A stretch of 37,355 bases of DNA from the IMG/VR virus record IMGVR_UViG_3300017978_000263, positions 1 through 37,355 of that record; one strand, 5' to 3'. This document shows positions 26,315 through 30,845 of this stretch, piece after piece. How positions within the stretch are numbered: the stretch's first letter is position 1; every line of letters begins with the position of its first letter. Source of the stretch: a virus. The position numbers and the translations under genes were made by a program. The notes beneath the pieces are model-generated. The model worked only from the letters and a program-made list of their open reading frames with translations, ran no database searches and was not told the origin of the DNA.

Positions 26315-26541
26315 AGCTTGACATCCTCCCACTGGCTAAGGTCTTGAATGATGTCTGCTAGAACGCTCTCAGAGAGGCCTTTGTACGCTTGGTAGCCTTG
26401 GGTACTAGCCTTCAAAGATTCGAGCATTAAACAAGCATCTAAGCCTTTTAAAGCACACTTGTACGCAAAGACCTGCTCAGGTTTAGACAAATCATAGGAC
26501 AATGTTGCCGTTCCTGCTTGTTTCTTGTTTTTAAAATTCAT
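26311..26541 (-). CDS. Hypothetical protein (76 aa)
   Basis: ORF in the early block. Its start is in ATGA overlap with the micro-ORF upstream. Confidence 0.55.
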   Translation of the reverse strand: MNFKNKKQAGTATLSYDLSKPEQVFAYKCALKGLDACLMLESLKASTQGYQAYKGLSESVLADIIQDLSQWEDVKL

Positions 26542-26594
26542 TTGAGTGATACCTTTATCAAAGTTAATACAAATACGAATAGAGACACAATCAT
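26538..26594 (-). CDS. Possible 18-aa hydrophobic micro-ORF, coupled at both ends
   Basis: ATG 26594 overlaps the stop of the 55-aa ORF (ATGA), and its TGA overlaps the next ATG (ATGA). Peptide: MIVSLFVFVLTLIKVSLK. It may only be a coupling spacer. Confidence 0.2.
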   Translation of the reverse strand: MIVSLFVFVLTLIKVSLK

Positions 26595-26758
26595 TTTGTA
26601 ACCTCTTGCATTCTTGTCGTTATGTCCATCAACACTTTTAATTGACCGTAAACAACCATTAATTCTACGACATCATTAATCGTGTGAACGTAATGTGCTT
26701 CCTCTTGGTCTTCTTGTTGTTCCATCATGTCAATGGCTAAAGCCTTCATTTTTCCCAT
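26591..26758 (-). CDS. Hypothetical acidic protein (55 aa)
   Basis: Not in the track. ATG 26758 is preceded by AAAGGGG. Translation: MGKMKALAIDMMEQQEDQEEAHYVHTINDVVELMVVYGQLKVLMDITTRMQEVTK. Confidence 0.45.
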   Translation of the reverse strand: MGKMKALAIDMMEQQEDQEEAHYVHTINDVVELMVVYGQLKVLMDITTRMQEVTK

Positions 26759-26776
26759 GTTGTACCCCTTTTACTT

Positions 26777-26819
26777 TTAAGACTACTACTTAGTATGACT
26801 TTATTAAGTAGTATCTTAA
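26777..26819. repeat. 15/16-bp AT-rich inverted repeat separated by 12 nt
   Basis: ttaagactactactta (26777-26792) and taagtagtatcttaa (26805-26819) are reverse complements apart from one indel. It lies in the intergenic space between two early genes. Confidence 0.7.
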
Positions 26820-26842
26820 ATAGTGTATTTACATTAAAGATC

Positions 26843-27103
26843 TTAAACATCATAGTCCTCTATAGAGTCTACTACATAGCTATATAGTGCATCAATGTCC
26901 TCTAGGGAATCCCCTGTGTCCATATCGTCATCTATGGTGTCTAAGTCCTGCTCAGTGATTAAGTCTTTACGATCAATGACTGATACAAAAGGTTTAATAT
27001 CTTCGAAACAAGTCTTACAAAGGTCGATAAACTTGAACGTATGCGCGTCTTTTCTAGTCGCCTCATAGTCGGTCAATAGTTTGTCACAAGCTGTACAGTG
27101 CAT
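26843..27103 (-). CDS. Zinc-ribbon protein with extremely acidic C-terminal tail (86 aa)
   Basis: CTAC...CKTC (two C-x2-C pairs), then DLITEQDLDTIDDDMDTGDSLEDIDALYSYVVDSIEDYDV. Confidence 0.6.
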   Translation of the reverse strand: MHCTACDKLLTDYEATRKDAHTFKFIDLCKTCFEDIKPFVSVIDRKDLITEQDLDTIDDDMDTGDSLEDIDALYSYVVDSIEDYDV

Positions 27104-27347
27104 TTTAAGTCCTTAGGTAGGCGCAGGTATTACCCTACTGGTTTTAGAGCCTTCTAGCCCACTTAGAAGCCCTTAGAAGGGTGCTTCAGGTGTCTTATCT
27201 CGTTGTTGTTTATTGTATTCTCTCACTTGCTCAGGTGTCCACGGCTTAGGTGGGCATTCAGAAGGGAAAGGCCATGTATAGTGTTGTATTTTCACCACAA
27301 GTCATGCTCCGTGATTAGATCAATGGCGAATAGAATGATAATCATTG

Positions 27348-27596
27348 TCATAATGCCTTACTTTCACCAAAAATTGTAGGAAAAGCCTCTAATGGGTGTT
27401 TACCACCAAAATAAGTGTCTTGAAGTAAGGTAGACGTTACCATAGAGTCCTTAAAGTCAGCATAGACCTTATCATCTTCCCATAGGCGCAACATATGCTC
27501 TTTATTCCATGCGTCATAGCGGTTACAGATAAAGTCAGCATAGGCACAGTCTAGATCACCCTTGTCAAACTTAGTTTCAAATTCTGATTCTGTCAT
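27348..27596 (-). CDS. Hypothetical protein (82 aa)
   Basis: ORF in the early block, starting 3 nt after the upstream stop. Confidence 0.55.
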   Translation of the reverse strand: MTESEFETKFDKGDLDCAYADFICNRYDAWNKEHMLRLWEDDKVYADFKDSMVTSTLLQDTYFGGKHPLEAFPTIFGESKAL

Positions 27597-27599
27597 AGT

Positions 27600-27833
27600 T
27601 CAATACCCATTGTTTTGTTTACAGATAGCCTCAATAGCCCCTGCAAAGTCATAATTGTCGCTATGTTTGAGACAATCGTCAATTTGACCCTTTGTTATCT
27701 CTACCCATGGCTTCCCTGCTGTGCTTGTAAAGTAGATTTCTCCACAGTCGGTACACTTTTTAGCCCCTTCAATGCCGATATAAGTCCAGTCCCAGTCATC
27801 AGAGCCACATTTAGGGCATTTATAGTCAATCAT
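27600..27833 (-). CDS. Zinc-ribbon protein (77 aa)
   Basis: CPKCGSDDWDW...CTDCGEIY (two C-x2-C pairs). ATGA overlap with the upstream gene. Confidence 0.6.
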   Translation of the reverse strand: MIDYKCPKCGSDDWDWTYIGIEGAKKCTDCGEIYFTSTAGKPWVEITKGQIDDCLKHSDNYDFAGAIEAICKQNNGY

Positions 27834-28081
27834 AAGTCCACTCCCAAATCATAGGCGATATTGTCCAAAGTATCCCCGAAGTTATCCCATTCACGGTAGA
27901 AGTCTAGATCATCCGTGGCAGCTAGCTTACTGAGCACTGGTGAGTATTTTTTCATTATCTTTTTAGCTTCATTGAGCAAATATAGCAGTTCATCCCGTGT
28001 GGAGACTAATTCGTCGCATAGCGGGTTACCTTCAGCCCATAAGCGGCGCTCAAGGCTTATAAAATCGTTATTGCTTAGCAT
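27830..28081 (-). CDS. Hypothetical protein (83 aa)
   Basis: ORF in the early block, closely packed with its neighbours. Confidence 0.55.
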   Translation of the reverse strand: MLSNNDFISLERRLWAEGNPLCDELVSTRDELLYLLNEAKKIMKKYSPVLSKLAATDDLDFYREWDNFGDTLDNIAYDLGVDL

Positions 28082-28083
28082 GG

Positions 28084-28272
28084 TTACATTCCTTCAGGGT
28101 ATTTGGTTAGACAGATTTGAGCCACTCCGTTCTCTCTCACGGTATGACGCTCATAGTGGATTACACCATCATAGGCAATAAACTCACTCTCATTAACCTC
28201 TGTGATTGGATCAGGGTCGTCTGCGTGATCTAACTCTAAATCATAGACAAAGTATCGTACTGTGTGTTGCAT
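28084..28272 (-). CDS. Hypothetical acidic protein (62 aa)
   Basis: RBS AAGGGGA lies before ATG 28272. The protein is rich in Asp/Glu. Confidence 0.5.
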   Translation of the reverse strand: MQHTVRYFVYDLELDHADDPDPITEVNESEFIAYDGVIHYERHTVRENGVAQICLTKYPEGM

Positions 28273-28298
28273 GGTTGATCCCCTTTACGGCTTACGCC

Positions 28299-28625
28299 TT
28301 AGAATTGAACGTATACAAAAGCACCCGATGAAGTGACACCCACGACAGAGGTGTTATCTTCAAGGTAAGCCTCCACAGCCTCTATTTTTCCCCGTGAGGT
28401 CAAACCAGCAATAGAGATGTCGTAGTCGCTGGCGATCTGTTCAATGTCAGACTCTGCGAACTCACAGCAGACACCCACAACGTCTAATTCGACATCAGAG
28501 CCGCAGTCATTGAGGTAGTCGAAGATTAAGCCAAGAGCCTCATAGCTGAACTGGTCAGCACGACCGCATCTGTGGAATTGGTCACGGAATTGAGAAGCGG
28601 TGTCGATTGTTTGAATGATAGCCAT
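28299..28625 (-). CDS. Strongly acidic early protein (108 aa)
   Basis: About 19 Asp/Glu against 5 Lys/Arg by hand count. RBS AAGGA in CAAGGATCGAATCACCATG. Confidence 0.6.
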   Translation of the reverse strand: MAIIQTIDTASQFRDQFHRCGRADQFSYEALGLIFDYLNDCGSDVELDVVGVCCEFAESDIEQIASDYDISIAGLTSRGKIEAVEAYLEDNTSVVGVTSSGAFVYVQF

Positions 28626-28655
28626 GGTGATTCGATCCTTGAATAGTTAATGAAC

Positions 28656-28670
28656 GGTAGACTGTCTACC
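28656..28670. repeat. Perfect 7-1-7 palindrome GGTAGAC-T-GTCTACC in an early intergenic region
   Basis: Read directly at 28656-28670. It is flanked by a direct repeat of GAAGCCTC at 28676-28683 and 28687-28694. Confidence 0.7.
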
Positions 28671-28710
28671 CCATAGAAGCCTCATGGAAGCCTCTACAGG
28701 TTAGATTCTA

Positions 28711-28998
28711 TTACTTCCACACGGTAGGTACAGTTGTAACAACTAATTTATCAGACAGCTTACCGATATAGCAAGTGCCTACATTAGAGAAGATACAGCA
28801 ATAAACCCTGCGCCACTTACCGTTGTATTTCACCATATTAGCAGTTGCTATACGCTTGCCATAGCCCGTGGCTGTCTGCATCAGTCCTAATTTATGACAT
28901 TGTAGATTGACTGTCTTATGCTCTACAGGTATAGGCTCATTATAAGACCACACACCGTTATCTTGAATAGTATAGGTTTGAATTGCATAGTTTGACAT
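28711..28998 (-). CDS. Hypothetical protein (95 aa)
   Basis: The preferred start is ATG 28998 (MSNYAIQTYTIQDNG...), preceded by CTAAGGATCAAGATC. The longer track ORF (to 29064) would overlap the upstream gene. Confidence 0.5.
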   Translation of the reverse strand: MSNYAIQTYTIQDNGVWSYNEPIPVEHKTVNLQCHKLGLMQTATGYGKRIATANMVKYNGKWRRVYCCIFSNVGTCYIGKLSDKLVVTTVPTVWK

Positions 28999-29035
28999 GA
29001 TCTTGATCCTTAGATAGTTAATTGATGATGAGTGA

Positions 29036-29254
29036 TTAATGAGACCAAAGCCCATTAACAACAAAATATTCTACGTCAAACGCTGACGACAGATTACCTG
29101 TGACAGGTTGGTTATCTGCTCCTAAGACCTGCCAACCTTTTATTGTGTTCTTAATGGTGAACTGCTTACCACTAGGTGCGATAACAACGCATCCATCAGC
29201 GACATGGCCCTTCATTGATGTGAAGTCTTTAGATTTTACTGTTTGATTTGACAT
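29036..29254 (-). CDS. Hypothetical protein (72 aa)
   Basis: The preferred start is ATG 29254 (MSNQTVKSKDFTSMKGH...), preceded by the same TTAAGGATCAAGATC module. Confidence 0.5.
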   Translation of the reverse strand: MSNQTVKSKDFTSMKGHVADGCVVIAPSGKQFTIKNTIKGWQVLGADNQPVTGNLSSAFDVEYFVVNGLWSH

Positions 29255-29400
29255 GATCTTGATCCTTAAGAAGTTACAAGGTTGAAGTTTAGAGGGTGAG
29301 CCACACCACCACGATAGCGAGGGTGTAGAGCCAGTATAGAACAGTTTGTACGGCACTATGTGCCTTAGCGATAGAGTTTTGCATGGTGCTGTTTCCTTGA

Positions 29401-29595
29401 TTAGATTAGATCGACTGTGATGCCTGAGTCATCAGACGTAATTGCAATAGTACCTGCCTTGGCTAAAGTGTTCAGAATGCCTATCAATTCGACTGTGGTG
29501 ACGTTCAATTGTTCTTCTACCCACACCCATACACTGAACAATGAACAGGGCGCTGAGGCTTCGATATGGTATTGAATGGCTGATAAGTTTGTCAT
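29401..29595 (-). CDS. Hypothetical protein (64 aa)
   Basis: ATG 29595 is preceded by GGAG. It is preferred over the overlapping 114-aa ORF 29432-29776. Confidence 0.45.
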   Translation of the reverse strand: MTNLSAIQYHIEASAPCSLFSVWVWVEEQLNVTTVELIGILNTLAKAGTIAITSDDSGITVDLI

Positions 29596-29612
29596 GGTGG
29601 ATGCTCCAGTAA

Positions 29613-29628
29613 AGACCCCGAAGGGTCT
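29613..29628 (-). promoter_or_regulatory. AGACCC-UUCG-GGGUCU tetraloop hairpin after the first early gene
   Basis: The minus-strand RNA reads CAGACCCUUCGGGGUCUUUACUGG: a 6-bp GC-rich stem, a UUCG loop and a short U-run. It lies between 29634 (stop) and 29595 (next start). Confidence 0.5.
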
Positions 29629-29633
29629 GTGGT

Positions 29634-29858
29634 TTATTGGGTGATGAGGTGAACGAGACGATCAGCCGCTTCGAGGCGCGTGGTGCGGTCTGTGGACTGC
29701 ATGAGATCAGCACAGAGACGCATCTCACGGATGATCTGAGCGATGTAGCGAGCGTTCGCTCCGTCGGTGGTTTCACGGCTCCACATGGTGTGCGCTACGG
29801 CCTCCAGTTTGTCCATGGTCTGCTCGATTGAGCGGAGTTCTTGTGATGTGAATGTCAT
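29634..29858 (-). CDS. First early gene, hypothetical protein (74 aa), GC-rich
   Basis: The preferred start is ATG 29858 (MTFTSQELRSIEQ...), preceded by CTAAGGATCAGATC. G+C is about 59% by hand count over 29641-29820, against about 42% at 29401-29460. Confidence 0.5.
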   Translation of the reverse strand: MTFTSQELRSIEQTMDKLEAVAHTMWSRETTDGANARYIAQIIREMRLCADLMQSTDRTTRLEAADRLVHLITQ

Positions 29859-29927
29859 GATCTGATCCTTAGTTGATGACATGGCGTTGTTGCCATGCTA
29901 GAGACTATGCACAGAGTATGCCAGCTT

Positions 29928-29938
29928 GAACCTTACAA
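29928..29938 (-). repeat. Inverted satellite copy of the 9-mer array unit (TTGTAAGGTTC on the minus strand)
   Basis: The plus strand gaaccttacaa (29928-29938) is the reverse complement of ttgtaaggttc, which is identical to the last 11 nt of the array (30230-30240). Confidence 0.7.
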
Positions 29939-29961
29939 GTACTTTGTAGGATATGCTCAGG

Positions 29962-30053
29962 TTATCCACAGTCAGACATGGCTCTGTTACTGGGTTTGTA
30001 TATAGTTATCCACAAGCTGATAAGATATCCACAGCTTACAATGGTTATCCACA
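29962..30053 (+). promoter_or_regulatory. Cluster of four same-orientation DnaA boxes (candidate replication origin / DnaA-responsive control region)
   Basis: TTATCCACA at 29962-29970, 30006-30014 and 30045-30053 (perfect), and ATATCCACA at 30025-30033 (8/9). All are on the plus strand. They match the consensus TTATCCACA of bacterial DnaA boxes. Confidence 0.6.
30033..30042 (-). repeat. Second inverted satellite copy of the 9-mer unit (ATTGTAAGCT on the minus strand), between DnaA boxes 3 and 4
   Basis: The plus strand agcttacaat (30033-30042) is the reverse complement of attgtaagct, which occurs in the array at the unit 5/6 boundary. Confidence 0.6.
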
Positions 30054-30176
30054 GGTAGCACTAGACTGGTGCATTTATGTCTCATGTTGGTGCATGAGGT
30101 TGCTATGATGCACTGAATAGGTGCTTAGGCCTGGCGTGCTTGGGTGTACGTAATAGGTGCTACATTGCCCCTCACG

Positions 30177-30239
30177 TGTAAGCTTTGTAAGTATTGTAAG
30201 GAATGTAAGACTTGTAAGTATTGTAAGCTTTGTAAGGTT
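30177..30239. repeat. Tandem array of seven 9-bp units TGTAAGnnn (iteron-like)
   Basis: tgtaagctt tgtaagtat tgtaaggaa tgtaagact tgtaagtat tgtaagctt tgtaaggtt, with no gaps. Units 1 and 6 are identical, as are units 2 and 5. Confidence 0.95.
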
Positions 30240-30337
30240 CGTTACTGACTCGATAGTCATTAGTGATGGGGGGAGGGGGTAGGGCTTTGGTGTTACTTTT
30301 GTGGGAGCCTCTAAAGCATACAAAAAAGTCAATGGAG

Positions 30338-30434
30338 GAATAGATAAGTAGAGACTAAAAAGCTAATGAAATCAATAAACTTAACATAATAATTAGGGAC
30401 AGGTCTGAATAGATACGTAATGTAGACTAGAAAG
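30338..30434. repeat. Imperfect direct repeat pair in the AT-rich part of the hub
   Basis: gaatagataagta-gagactaaaaag (30338-30362) and gaatagatacgtaatgtagactagaaag (30407-30434). Confidence 0.6.
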
Positions 30435-30493
30435 TGGACACAGGAGCCTGCCATAGGGTCTCATGAGAGGGCTATGATGTGGACACAAGAGCC
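30434..30493. repeat. 15-bp direct repeat GTGGACACA(G/A)GAGCC x2, 45 bp apart, flanking the palindrome TCTCATGAGA
   Basis: Copies at 30434-30448 and 30479-30493, with the palindrome at 30459-30468. The second copy, TGTGGACAC, is a 7/9 match to the reverse DnaA box TGTGGATAA. Confidence 0.65.
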
Positions 30494-30551
30494 CTATGCA
30501 GATAGTGTTGTCACGTAGGAGACATCTATGTAAATAAATATCAAATAAAGC

Positions 30552-30579
30552 TTGACAAATGAGAAAAGAGGTATACAAT
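30552..30579 (+). promoter_or_regulatory. Sigma70-type promoter P1 for the rightward (terminase/late) arm
   Basis: TTGACA (30552-30557), 16-nt spacer, TACAAT (30574-30579). It shares the gcTTGACAAA context with P2. Confidence 0.6.
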
Positions 30580-30782
30580 ACTCTATGAAGGTAATCCTTC
30601 CAAGAACTCAAATGAAGACTTTGTAGACAAGCTGCTTAGTTAAATACAAGAAGTTCTTTATGAGTAGTCATTACTGACCTTAGTTTCATTGAAGATGAAC
30701 ACAAGAGGTTGTATAAGTAAGTAACTACTTCATTTAGATTCTTGCTTTAATGTTAAATGTCTTAGTATCTCTAGAGTACTCA

Positions 30783-30816
30783 TAGTAGTGGGTATCCCTA
30801 TTGTTACCCCTTACTA
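30783..30816 (+). promoter_or_regulatory. 12-bp imperfect hairpin in the 5' leader, about 30 nt upstream of the small terminase start
   Basis: tagtagtgggta (30783-30794) pairs with taccccttacta (30805-30816), with one mismatch and one G-U. The loop is 10 nt. Confidence 0.4.
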
Positions 30817-30845
30817 TTAATAGTCTATCTCCTTAAAGGACAAAG

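Noticed and set aside
29432-29776. 114-aa minus-strand ORF overlapping two early genes
   Set aside because: It overlaps both the 74-aa and the 64-aa ORFs, which have better starts and RBSs. It also reads straight through the UUCG hairpin. It is an alternative-frame shadow.
29883-30060. A clear sigma70 promoter for the leftward early arm
   Set aside because: The best matches are weak: CTGACT-16-TATCCT at 29975-29948 and TTCAAG-17-TAGTCT nearer the gene. Neither is good enough to report as a feature, so the early promoter remains unidentified.
30177-30239. Possibility that the tandem repeats are a CRISPR array
   Set aside because: The units are 9 bp with no spacers. The whole array is 63 bp, and there are no cas genes. 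It is not a CRISPR.
30268-30305. G-quadruplex in the G-tract after the 9-mer array
   Set aside because: Only three closely spaced runs of 3 or more G are present (G6, G5, G3). The fourth GGG is 18 nt away. This is at best a weak, long-loop G4, so I note it only as part of the hub mosaic.
30075-30332. 85-aa minus-strand ORF across the hub, containing the repeat LTKLTILTSLTFLTILTKLT
   Set aside because: The peptide repeat is simply the reverse-frame translation of the 9-bp DNA array. There is no RBS, the composition is odd, and the ORF spans the G-tract and repeats. I treat it as non-coding.
30393-30611. 72-aa minus-strand ORF in the AT-rich part of the hub
   Set aside because: The sequence is Cys/His/Leu-rich and implausible. 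It overlaps promoter P1 and the direct repeats, and it has no RBS. It is likely a chance ORF.
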